A stretch of DNA of 64,000 bases from Elusimicrobiota bacterium (GTDB taxonomy: Bacteria; Elusimicrobiota; Elusimicrobia; UBA1565; JACRDR01), in contig JBGFSC010000049.1 of NCBI GenBank assembly GCA_041694815.1, positions 1-64,000 of the forward strand. The letters run 5' to 3'. The notes under the pieces were generated by a model. It was not told where the DNA came from, made no database searches, and saw only the letters and a list, made by a program, of their open reading frames with translations. A program made the position numbers and the translations under genes. Numbering within the stretch: the first letter of the stretch is position 1; the number at the start of each line of letters is the position of its first letter. Below, piece after piece: positions 1-8,358 of this stretch.

Positions 1-222
1 CTCGGGCGCGAGGGTCCATTCCCTGCGCGCCGGCGCGGCAGGCGCGGCCGGGCGCTTCGCGGCGGGCCCCGCCTCGCGCCGGTCCGCCAGCTCCAGCTGC
101 ACCGTCTCGGAAGGCTCCCAGTGCGAGTGATGCAGCGGCCAGCCGAGCAGAAGCACCGCGTGCATCAGCGCCGACAACGCGATCATGCCGGGCAGTAACG
201 CCTGGTCGTATGCGAAATTCAC
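1..222 (-). CDS. tonB: Energy transducer TonB, N-terminal part (runs off window)
   Basis: Manual translation from a GTG overlapping the exbD stop (GTGA): MNFAYDQALLPGMIALSALMHAVLLLGW..., TM anchor with S-x3-H motif then Pro/Ala-rich linker; last gene of the receptor-exbB-exbD operon. Confidence 0.75.
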   Translation of the reverse strand, partial: MNFAYDQALLPGMIALSALMHAVLLLGWPLHHSHWEPSETVQLELADRREAGPAAKRPAAPAAPARREWTLAPE

Positions 223-632
223 CGGGCGCGGCGAAGGCCGACCTCGGCCGCGATGCGCTTGACACCCGCGTGCTTGATGTCATCGAGCAGCGCCGCCAGT
301 TCCCCCCAGCGCACGGCCTCGTCGGCCGCCACCGAGACCCTCAGCCCCGGCTGCCTCTCGGCCAGCCCCTTAAGGGCGAAGGTGAAGTCGTCGCGGCTCA
401 TGCTCCGCCCCGAAAGCTCGACGCTCAGGTCCTTGGCGAGCACGACGCGCACGTCGGAGGGGGCCGAGGGGTCCGCATGCCCGGCCTTGGGCAGGGCCAC
501 CTGCAGCTGGCGCCTGACGATGACGGGGGCCGCGACCATGACGATGATGAGCAGCACGAGCACCACGTCGACGAGCGGCGTGACGTTGATCCCCCCGATC
601 GGCGAGCGCGCCGAAGACGCCTGGCCGGCCAT
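219..632 (-). CDS. exbD: Biopolymer transporter ExbD/TolR
   Basis: INVTPLVDVVLVLLIIVMV signature. Confidence 0.9.
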   Translation of the reverse strand: MAGQASSARSPIGGINVTPLVDVVLVLLIIVMVAAPVIVRRQLQVALPKAGHADPSAPSDVRVVLAKDLSVELSGRSMSRDDFTFALKGLAERQPGLRVSVAADEAVRWGELAALLDDIKHAGVKRIAAEVGLRRAR

Positions 633-1171
633 TACGAAACCCCCGCGGAGGAGAGGAGCCGTTTCGCGGCGATCTCCGCGTCCGCGACCCGGTCCTCGAC
701 CGCCTTCTGGAACAGGTTGTAGGCGATCACGCAGGGAAGGGCCACGAGTATGCCCACGGCGGTGGCGACCAAGGCCTCGGAGAGGCCCTGCATCACGACC
801 TCCGGTCCGGCGCTGGCCGAGAAGGCCAGGTCGTGGAAGGCCCGGATGACCCCCAACACCGTCCCGAGAAGGCCGATGAAGGGGGCATTGTTGCCCAAGG
901 TGTTGATGACGGTCAGGCGCTTTTCTAAGAAGCGCCTCTCCAAAACAAGCTGCGCCGCGGCGACGTTCTCGGGGCGCTCACCGCGCCCGGCCGCCCGCGC
1001 TAAGGCCGCCGACAGATCGCTCTCGAAGCGGCCCGCCGCCCTCCTGCGACGGAAGATCAATGCGCGCTCGAGGATGATCCCTATGGACAGGACCGAACAG
1101 GCGATGAGCAGGTAGATCACCCAGTCGCCCCCCGACATCGCGAAAGCCTTTACGAAGCCCAGATGCTTCAT
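632..1171 (-). CDS. exbB: MotA/TolQ/ExbB proton channel protein
   Basis: APFIGLLGTVLGVI and GLSEALVATAVGILVALP motifs; TAATG coupling to exbD. Confidence 0.9.
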   Translation of the reverse strand: MKHLGFVKAFAMSGGDWVIYLLIACSVLSIGIILERALIFRRRRAAGRFESDLSAALARAAGRGERPENVAAAQLVLERRFLEKRLTVINTLGNNAPFIGLLGTVLGVIRAFHDLAFSASAGPEVVMQGLSEALVATAVGILVALPCVIAYNLFQKAVEDRVADAEIAAKRLLSSAGVS

Positions 1172-1189
1172 CGATACCCCCCGAGTGGA

Positions 1190-3157
1190 TCAAATATTGC
1201 CGAACGGAACGCTCAAGCGCAGGATGAAGCTGCGCCCCGCGTTGAGCGCGAAGGCGCGCCAGCGGTTCAAATGGTCTCGGTACGGCTGGTCGAAGGCGTT
1301 CTCGACGCCCAGGTCCGCCCGGACGTCCCCGCCGGGAAACGGTATTTCCGCCCCGAGGCCGAAATCGACCAGGCCGTAGCCGGCGGTAGAGGTTTCATAG
1401 GAGGCGACGCGGCTTTGCCTGGCCGCGATCCGGCCCGCAACCGACAGATAGGGTCGGCGCGCATGGCCGAGCTCCGGCAGCGTCCAACGCAGCCCCCATT
1501 TGAATCGGTTGGCCGGGATCTGGGGAAGGGGCTCGCGGAGATCCTCGTTTTGCGCGCGCACCCAATCGGCTCCCGCGCTCAGCACGAGCCCTTGGGTCGC
1601 CTCGGCCTGCAGCGAAGCCTCGCCGCCCAGCAGCGTCGCGTTGGCCTGGCTGATATTGAAGACGGGCAGGCCCGAGCCCGGATCCACGGCGCCGGTCGGG
1701 GCCGCGAAGATGAAATGATTGACCCGGTTGCGGAACACGGTCAACTCCGCCTGCACGCCCGCGGAAGCGCGCCGCAGGGACAGGTCGGTATTGATGGAGC
1801 GCTCGGGCTTAAGATCCCGCCGGCCGACCTCGAAGCGGCTGGTGCCTTCATGTTCCCCGTTGACGAACAGCTCGAAAGCCGAAGGCGCCCGCCATCCGGT
1901 GCCCATATTGGCGGCCAGTGCCCAGCCCTCCGAGAAATTCCAGGCCCCGCCAACGGCACCGGTCAGGCTGTCGTACTTGAGCGTCTGGGCGCCGACCCCC
2001 AAATCGGCCTCCTCGCGCACGAAGAGCCGCCGCGCGTCGTAGCGGCCGCCGGCCGATACCGTGAAGGCTCCGCGGGTCCATTCCTCGAACAGGAAGGCCC
2101 CCAAATCATGCATCAAATAACCGGGGATCAACTTTTCAGCGGCCTGCGTATCGTTTCTCTGCAGCATCCCGTAGAACCCTACGGTTCCCTCGAGAGGCCC
2201 CAAGGGCTCGTGATGCAGCTTGATGTCCGAGGTATACGAATTCAACACGAGCCTTAGCTTCGGCTCGGTATCCGGCGCCGCCGTGAACTCTTGGCGGACG
2301 TTCTGCTGCCAGCCCCCGTTGAATTCCACGCGAGCGCCTTCGAAGGGAAGGTCCAGGCGCAGCCGCGCCTTGTCATGCCTGACGCGTTGGTACGGGGTCG
2401 CTCCCGGAGACGAAACCGGGTCCTCGTGTATCCTGAGCTTTTGATCGAAATGGGCGTAATCGATCCGCACGGCGCCCCAATCCTTTTTTACGCCCGCCGA
2501 CGCCGCATGATCGACCTCCTCAAAGCCGCTGTTGCGAAGCCTTCCGACGGGCGTGCGGATATCGTCGGCCCGCCTGCGGCCCGTCTTGGCGGCCAGGCCG
2601 AAACCCCGCCCGCCGCCGCGCAAGTCGAGGGATCCGGCGCCCTGGTCGTTATGCGTGAAGCCGTCGAAGCTGAAATAGCCGCCGGACCGCCAACGATCCC
2701 CGTCCAGGGGCAGGGGCCGGCGCAGGGCGTTGAGCACCCCGCTTAAGGCCTCGGGACCGTAGAGCAGGCTCTGCGGGCCGCGCACGACCTCGATGCGGTC
2801 GATGTCATGGGCGTCGATCTCGGGGCCGTGCTCATCGCCCCACTGCTGTCCTTCCTGACGGATCCCGTCGGTCAAGACCAGCACGCGCTGGGAGCTCAGG
2901 CCGCGTATGACCGGCTTGGCGATGCCCGCGCCCACGGTGGCCGCCGATACGCCCGGGGCGTTCTGCACGCTTTGGATCAGCGTCTGGCCGCGCTCGCGCT
3001 CCATCTGCCTTCCCTCGATGATGGAGACCGAGGCGGGGGCGGTCAGCGCGCGGGAAGGCTTAGGCTTGGCCGTGACGGTAATAGGGGGAGCTTCGAGCAC
3101 GCCCGGAGCTTCGGCGCCCGCGGCTGCCAACGACAGGGAAAATATCCAAAACAGCAA
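1190..3157 (-). CDS. TonB-dependent receptor
   Basis: Signal peptide, plug motifs PVIRGLS and IEVVRGPQSLLYG, barrel motifs GWRAPS, LKPERS, VENAFD. Confidence 0.92.
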   Translation of the reverse strand: MLFWIFSLSLAAAGAEAPGVLEAPPITVTAKPKPSRALTAPASVSIIEGRQMERERGQTLIQSVQNAPGVSAATVGAGIAKPVIRGLSSQRVLVLTDGIRQEGQQWGDEHGPEIDAHDIDRIEVVRGPQSLLYGPEALSGVLNALRRPLPLDGDRWRSGGYFSFDGFTHNDQGAGSLDLRGGGRGFGLAAKTGRRRADDIRTPVGRLRNSGFEEVDHAASAGVKKDWGAVRIDYAHFDQKLRIHEDPVSSPGATPYQRVRHDKARLRLDLPFEGARVEFNGGWQQNVRQEFTAAPDTEPKLRLVLNSYTSDIKLHHEPLGPLEGTVGFYGMLQRNDTQAAEKLIPGYLMHDLGAFLFEEWTRGAFTVSAGGRYDARRLFVREEADLGVGAQTLKYDSLTGAVGGAWNFSEGWALAANMGTGWRAPSAFELFVNGEHEGTSRFEVGRRDLKPERSINTDLSLRRASAGVQAELTVFRNRVNHFIFAAPTGAVDPGSGLPVFNISQANATLLGGEASLQAEATQGLVLSAGADWVRAQNEDLREPLPQIPANRFKWGLRWTLPELGHARRPYLSVAGRIAARQSRVASYETSTAGYGLVDFGLGAEIPFPGGDVRADLGVENAFDQPYRDHLNRWRAFALNAGRSFILRLSVPFGNI

Positions 3158-3164
3158 GATTCAG

Positions 3165-3194
3165 ATGCTAACAGAGAAAACGCGGGGGTGTCAA
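3165..3194 (-). promoter_or_regulatory. Sigma70-type promoter of the TonB receptor operon (probably leaderless)
   Basis: TTGACA-18 nt-TAGCAT with TGn extension, 7 nt upstream of the TTG start. Confidence 0.55.
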
Positions 3195-3277
3195 TTACGA
3201 GCCCGTCATCCGGGCATCACGTTAATTTTGCGCGCAACGCATGGGTCGAGGGACGACGGCTTGTTAAGATGCCCCCC

Positions 3278-4741
3278 ATGCGTAAAGCCGTGTTCCTAGC
3301 GCTGATATTTTCGGCCGCTCTCGCCGGGGCCTCCAGCCACCGCGATTCCCCGTTTATCGCCAAGAATCCCAAGGTCAACGGCACGAACTTTTATATGTTC
3401 CTTTCTTATCAAGAGGGCCATGCGGATTCGCTGGTGCTGCTGGCCGATTTCCAGCCCTGGCAGCCCATCCACGCCGGCCCGATGTTCTATCCACTCGACC
3501 CGGCGGCGCTCTACGAGATACATCTCGATAACAACGGCGATTGCCGCGAGGACCTGACATTCCAATTCCGCTTCAGGCATGCGCTGCTGAGTAAAACGAT
3601 CACCGTCGGCGATAAACAGATCCCGACGCCGTTCCTATATACGGGCCCCGTCAGCGCCGCCGACTCGAGTCATCAGAACTTCTTCGAACAATACACCGTA
3701 AGCCTGGCGCGCGGCGGCGCCCGCAGCGGGCAAAGGACGCTGCTCCGCCATGCCCTGACCGATGAGACCGTATTCGGCAAGCCCATGGATTACGTCGGCG
3801 AAAAGATATTGGGCGACACCGCAACCTATCGGGATTATGTCAAGAATTTCTTCTATCCCATCGGCATCCCCGGCTGCCCGAGGCTTGGGCGGGTTTTCGT
3901 CGGGCAGCGCGACGATCATTTCAATATGGACCTGGGTCGGATTTTCGATCTTTTCGATACGGAGATCGCGAACCCCAATAACGCCCATCATTCGTCGCTT
4001 CACTCCGTGGGCGCCACTACTATCGCGCTAGAGCTTCCCGCCGCCTGCGTGCTCGCCTCGACTCCGGTTATCAGCGGCTGGAGCTCAGCCAGCTTGCGCC
4101 AAGCCCGCGTGCTCAACCCCAGGCCGAGCTTCGAAGCGCCCAACATGGAAGGAGGCCCCTGGATGCGGGTTTCCCGCGTGGGAAACCCGCTCGTAAACAT
4201 GATGTTCATCGGCCTACCAGATAAGAATCGCTTCAATGCGGGCCCCCCCGATGAGGATATCCGCTATCTGGATTATTTCACGCACCCCACGCTCCCGGTT
4301 TCCATCGAGTCACAATTCGGATTTACCCCACCAAAACCGCCACGCCAGGATTTAGTGCAGCTCTTCCTCACCGGCTTTCCGGGGCTCAATGCTACCCAAG
4401 GAGTATGCGATGCACTGCGCCTCAATACCTCCTACCCCTCGCGGCCCGGACCGCAGCAAAACCGGATGGGTGCGCTGCATTGTTTCGATCCGGGGCCGGT
4501 GTTTAATCCGTCGCGGGCCAATTGCGACCCCACCGGTTTTCCCAACGGACGGCGGCCCGGCGACGATGTCATGGATTTTATTCTAAGAGCCTCGATGGGA
4601 CGGCTGCTTCCGTCCTCCGAGGCGCCGGATGGAGGGCTTTCCTACAACGACGGAGTCTGGACGAGTCAACAGTTTTTTTTCCAAGGTTTTCCTTACCTGG
4701 CGACCCCGCATGGCCCTCATAACGAGGAACCCGCTCAATGA
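3278..4741 (+). CDS. DUF4331 family secreted protein, paralogue 1
   Basis: Signal peptide then SSHRDSP; FVGQRDD, VSRVGNPLVN, GFPNGRRPGDD motifs; start moved from 2807 to ATG 3278. Confidence 0.82.
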   Translation: MRKAVFLALIFSAALAGASSHRDSPFIAKNPKVNGTNFYMFLSYQEGHADSLVLLADFQPWQPIHAGPMFYPLDPAALYEIHLDNNGDCREDLTFQFRFRHALLSKTITVGDKQIPTPFLYTGPVSAADSSHQNFFEQYTVSLARGGARSGQRTLLRHALTDETVFGKPMDYVGEKILGDTATYRDYVKNFFYPIGIPGCPRLGRVFVGQRDDHFNMDLGRIFDLFDTEIANPNNAHHSSLHSVGATTIALELPAACVLASTPVISGWSSASLRQARVLNPRPSFEAPNMEGGPWMRVSRVGNPLVNMMFIGLPDKNRFNAGPPDEDIRYLDYFTHPTLPVSIESQFGFTPPKPPRQDLVQLFLTGFPGLNATQGVCDALRLNTSYPSRPGPQQNRMGALHCFDPGPVFNPSRANCDPTGFPNGRRPGDDVMDFILRASMGRLLPSSEAPDGGLSYNDGVWTSQQFFFQGFPYLATPHGPHNEEPAQ

Positions 4742-6195
4742 AAATTCTCACGACCATTTTGCTGACGGTCGGCGCGGTCGCGGCCTGGGGAAGCGACGGA
4801 CGGGAAGCCCCCTTCATCAGCCGCCATCCGTCCGCCAACGCCATGGATCTCTACCTTTTCCGCAATTACGAGCCGGGCCGCGAGGATATGCTCGTTCTGA
4901 TGGGGAATTTTCAGCCGCTGCAGCTTCGCGAATCGGGTCCGCTCTACTATCCCTTGGACCCAGACACGCTCTACGAATTCCATCTCGATACGAACGGGGA
5001 TTGCCGCGAGGACAAGACCTTCCAGTTCCGCTTCAAGAACGAGGTCCGAGACATCAAATTCGCCGTCGGCGATAAGGAGATCTCGGCCCCGGGCGTGCTC
5101 ACGGGGCCGGTCTCGGCGACCGATGAAAGCCGGAGAAATCTCCTGGAGAGCTACACCGTGACCCTGGTCAACGGAGACCGCCGCGCGGGCAGCGCGGCGC
5201 CCGTTCTGGACTCGCGGACGGGATCGAAAAGCTTCGCGAAGCCCCTGGACTTCGTGGGGCCCAAGACCTTCGGCAGCTCCGAAACCTATAAGTCCTATTC
5301 CGAGTCGTTCATCCATCCGATCCGCCTTCCCGGCTGCGGCCGGGACGGCAGGGTCTTCGCCGGCCAGCGCGAGCACATCACCCGCACCAACTCCGCGGTC
5401 TACGACCTATTCAACATCGACGTCACGAGCACCACCGGCGGCTACGACGACCTGCATGGGATCTCCGCGACGCTGCTCGCCTTGGAGCTGCCGGTCGAAT
5501 GCGTCGTCGGCTCGAGCATGACCGTGGGCGCCTGGGCGAGCGCCAGCATGCGGCAGGCGCGGCTGCTCAATCCCCAACCGAGCGCGGAGAAGCCCTCGCT
5601 CGAGGGCGGGGCCTGGACCCAAGTGTCGAGAGTCGGCAACCCCCTGGTCAATTCGCTCGTCATCGGTCTTCCTCACAAGGACGCCTTCAACGCCTCCAGG
5701 CCGCATGAAGACGACGCCTTCCTTGACTATTTCACGCACCCGACGCTGCCGGCCATCCTGGCCTCGCAATTCGGCTTCCAGGCGCCTCCGCCGCCGAGGA
5801 ACGATTGGGCCGCCGCCTTCCTCAAGGGATTCGCGCGACTCAACCAGACGCCGGGACGCTGCGACATGCTGCGGCTCAACCTATCCTTCGCCCCGGTCCC
5901 GCATGGGCGCCAGCGCAGTTCGGGCGCGCTCTACTGCTTCGACTCGGCCCAAAATTTCAGCGTCTCGCGCAGCAGCTGCGACGCCGCCGGCTTTCCCAAC
6001 GGCCGCCGCCCGGCTGACGACGCCACCGACATCGTCCTGCGCATCGGCATGGGAGCGTGGCTGCCCGCCAGCGAAGCTCCAGACAACCATATCCCCTTCT
6101 CGGATAGGATCACGATCGGGAGTTGGCGATTCTTCCCGAATTTCCCATTCGCGACGATACCTAGAACGCACGACGACCCGCCGTTTCCCCCTTAA
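4738..6195 (+). CDS. DUF4331 family secreted protein, paralogue 2
   Basis: Colinear with the upstream paralogue; GREAP, VSRVGNPLVN, GFPNGRRPADD; ATGA overlap. Confidence 0.82.
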   Translation: MKILTTILLTVGAVAAWGSDGREAPFISRHPSANAMDLYLFRNYEPGREDMLVLMGNFQPLQLRESGPLYYPLDPDTLYEFHLDTNGDCREDKTFQFRFKNEVRDIKFAVGDKEISAPGVLTGPVSATDESRRNLLESYTVTLVNGDRRAGSAAPVLDSRTGSKSFAKPLDFVGPKTFGSSETYKSYSESFIHPIRLPGCGRDGRVFAGQREHITRTNSAVYDLFNIDVTSTTGGYDDLHGISATLLALELPVECVVGSSMTVGAWASASMRQARLLNPQPSAEKPSLEGGAWTQVSRVGNPLVNSLVIGLPHKDAFNASRPHEDDAFLDYFTHPTLPAILASQFGFQAPPPPRNDWAAAFLKGFARLNQTPGRCDMLRLNLSFAPVPHGRQRSSGALYCFDSAQNFSVSRSSCDAAGFPNGRRPADDATDIVLRIGMGAWLPASEAPDNHIPFSDRITIGSWRFFPNFPFATIPRTHDDPPFPP

Positions 6196-8192
6196 TTTCG
6201 CGGGCCGGCGATGAGAAGCCGCCCAAGGAAGTAAAGAGAGCTCAAGAAAAGCCCGAGCGCCGAAAGCAGGAGCCCGAAACGGAAGCTGCGGGGCGAAAAC
6301 TCGAAACGGACCCGATGCGTCCCGGCGGGCACGACGGCGCCCATGAAATCGCCGTCGGCGCGCGTCACCGGGATCGGACGCCCGTCGACGAAGGCCTTCC
6401 ATCCCTCATGGAAGCTTTCCGCGAAAACGAGCGGCTGGCTCGAGGGGGCCTCGGTCAATACCTCGACGGCTCCGGGGGCCTCGCTGGCAATCCTCGCCCG
6501 TCCGCGGAGCGAACGGAAACGGACCCGGGGCAGGGGATTTCGAACCCGCTTCCACACGCCGGCATCCCGTTCCCAGCCGGCCGCGGCCAATCGCCGCGCC
6601 TCCGCCGCATTATAATCCAGCGATCTGGCCGGCTCGAGCCCCATGTACCCGTCGACCAGGGAATACCCCAGCATGGCGAGGACATTGTTCCGAGTGGACG
6701 CGATGCGGCCGTCCGGAGGGGGCGGATTATCCTTGGCGTGCATAAGGGCCGCATACGATTGCAATGTGTGGGCAGGAGAGGAACGGATAAAGCTCAAGCC
6801 GAAGGCTCCCTGCTCGACGATCGCCGCCGCCGCCAAAGCGATCAGCACGGCGGGCCTGCGACGCGCTAGAAGGAGCAGGTAAGCGAAGATGAGCAAAGAC
6901 GCCGGCCCGATCCATGCGACGGGCCAGGGCCGCACGCCATGGTTGAGCTCCCCGGTCGTGGCCTGCGCGAAGCACACGAACCCCGCCGCCAGCGCCGCGG
7001 GCAAAAATAACGGCCAGGCCCGACGCCAATCCCAAGGCTCTTTTTCCCTCGAATCGGCGATCAGCTGGTAACTCAGGGCCGCGGCCCCCGCCAGCGCGAA
7101 GTGGAGAAGGACGATCGCGCGGCTCGGCATCCGGAACAGGGAGAGGGGAGGCAGCCGCGAGAACCATTCGAACCCGGGCACGAACCGGCCGAATGCGAGC
7201 AGCAGCGAGAAGACCGCGAGTCCCCCGCAGGCCAAGGCCGGCGCGCGATGCTCTTTGAGGGACTTCCGATTCAAGAACAACCACAAGAAGGCCAGCGTCG
7301 AAAAGGCTCCGTTGTAGAGCCCGAATTCCCAAGTCCCCTCGTGTATCCTCGTCGAGGCCAACACCCGGCCCTCGTAGAGATACGGCGAGGCCCATTGCCA
7401 CAGTTGCAGGGGGTGCAAGGAGCCGTAGCCCCGAAATTGGGCGTTAGTATCGGCTCGCGCCGAATGGGACACGGCGTCCCACATCGGCAGAAGCTGCACG
7501 GCGGCCGTCGGCAGCGCCAGGAGCTTGGCGGCGGCGATCCGGGCGACGGCCCCGGGACTCATGCGGCCGAGCCGCCATAGGAAGAAGGCGTAGAAGGCCT
7601 CGAGATACAGGGAATAGAGAACGCATTGCGGGAAACCGGAAAGCAGCTGCGAGGCGGTCATTAGCCATAGGCCGCATTCGGCCGCCAGGCGCCTGCGCCC
7701 GCCCGCGGTGGACGCCTCATGAACGCAAAGAAGCAGCCAAGGGATATGCGCCACGGTCTTGACCATGCTCATGTGGATGAAGTGGAGCGTATTGAAGCCG
7801 GAGAAGGTGAATACGAAGGCCCCGCAGAGGGCCGCCTCGACGCGCACCCATTTGCGGAAAAAAAGCGCGCAGCCCGCGAACAGGAACGGATAGCTCGATA
7901 GCAGCTCGAGGTTGAAGGCGGCGGGCAAAGGGAGGAGGCGGTAGGCGAGCCACAGAAGGGGATGGAATATATCCGCCTGGCCCAGGTAAACGCCGCAGTA
8001 AATGTTGGGGAACCACAGCGGGCTCTGCCCGTGCGCGAGGCACCAGGAGTAAAAATGGCGCACGGGCAATGCCAACAGGCCGAGATCGTTGCCGATGTAA
8101 ATCTGGCCGCGCCAAAAAGGAACGGCGAATACCGCCAGCGCGATGAGCGAACCGGCGGTCCAAGGAAGCAAGCCTACCAAGACCCGAAGCAC
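6192..8192 (-). CDS. YfhO-family multi-TM protein (putative GT-C glycosyltransferase)
   Basis: PLWFPNIYCG, many TM helices, C-terminal ESFHEGWKAFVDG...VPAGTHRVRFEFSP. Confidence 0.8.
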   Translation of the reverse strand: MLRVLVGLLPWTAGSLIALAVFAVPFWRGQIYIGNDLGLLALPVRHFYSWCLAHGQSPLWFPNIYCGVYLGQADIFHPLLWLAYRLLPLPAAFNLELLSSYPFLFAGCALFFRKWVRVEAALCGAFVFTFSGFNTLHFIHMSMVKTVAHIPWLLLCVHEASTAGGRRRLAAECGLWLMTASQLLSGFPQCVLYSLYLEAFYAFFLWRLGRMSPGAVARIAAAKLLALPTAAVQLLPMWDAVSHSARADTNAQFRGYGSLHPLQLWQWASPYLYEGRVLASTRIHEGTWEFGLYNGAFSTLAFLWLFLNRKSLKEHRAPALACGGLAVFSLLLAFGRFVPGFEWFSRLPPLSLFRMPSRAIVLLHFALAGAAALSYQLIADSREKEPWDWRRAWPLFLPAALAAGFVCFAQATTGELNHGVRPWPVAWIGPASLLIFAYLLLLARRRPAVLIALAAAAIVEQGAFGLSFIRSSPAHTLQSYAALMHAKDNPPPPDGRIASTRNNVLAMLGYSLVDGYMGLEPARSLDYNAAEARRLAAAGWERDAGVWKRVRNPLPRVRFRSLRGRARIASEAPGAVEVLTEAPSSQPLVFAESFHEGWKAFVDGRPIPVTRADGDFMGAVVPAGTHRVRFEFSPRSFRFGLLLSALGLFLSSLYFLGRLLIAGPRN

Positions 8193-8358
8193 GGTACTCT
8201 CTTAACAAATACAAGGCTCCATGGACAATGTCCGTATCCACTTTCAGGGGATCTTCAAGCACGCAATGGCGTGGCTAAAATTATCCTTATTTAAATAGTA
8301 TTTTTTGCTGACAGAAACCTTCATCGACCCGAGGAGGCTATCACCTTAAAATATGCGC

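Noticed and set aside
2807..3277. N-terminal extension of the 644-aa ORF
   Set aside because: Antisense to the TonB receptor; signal peptide and -10 box indicate a start at 3278
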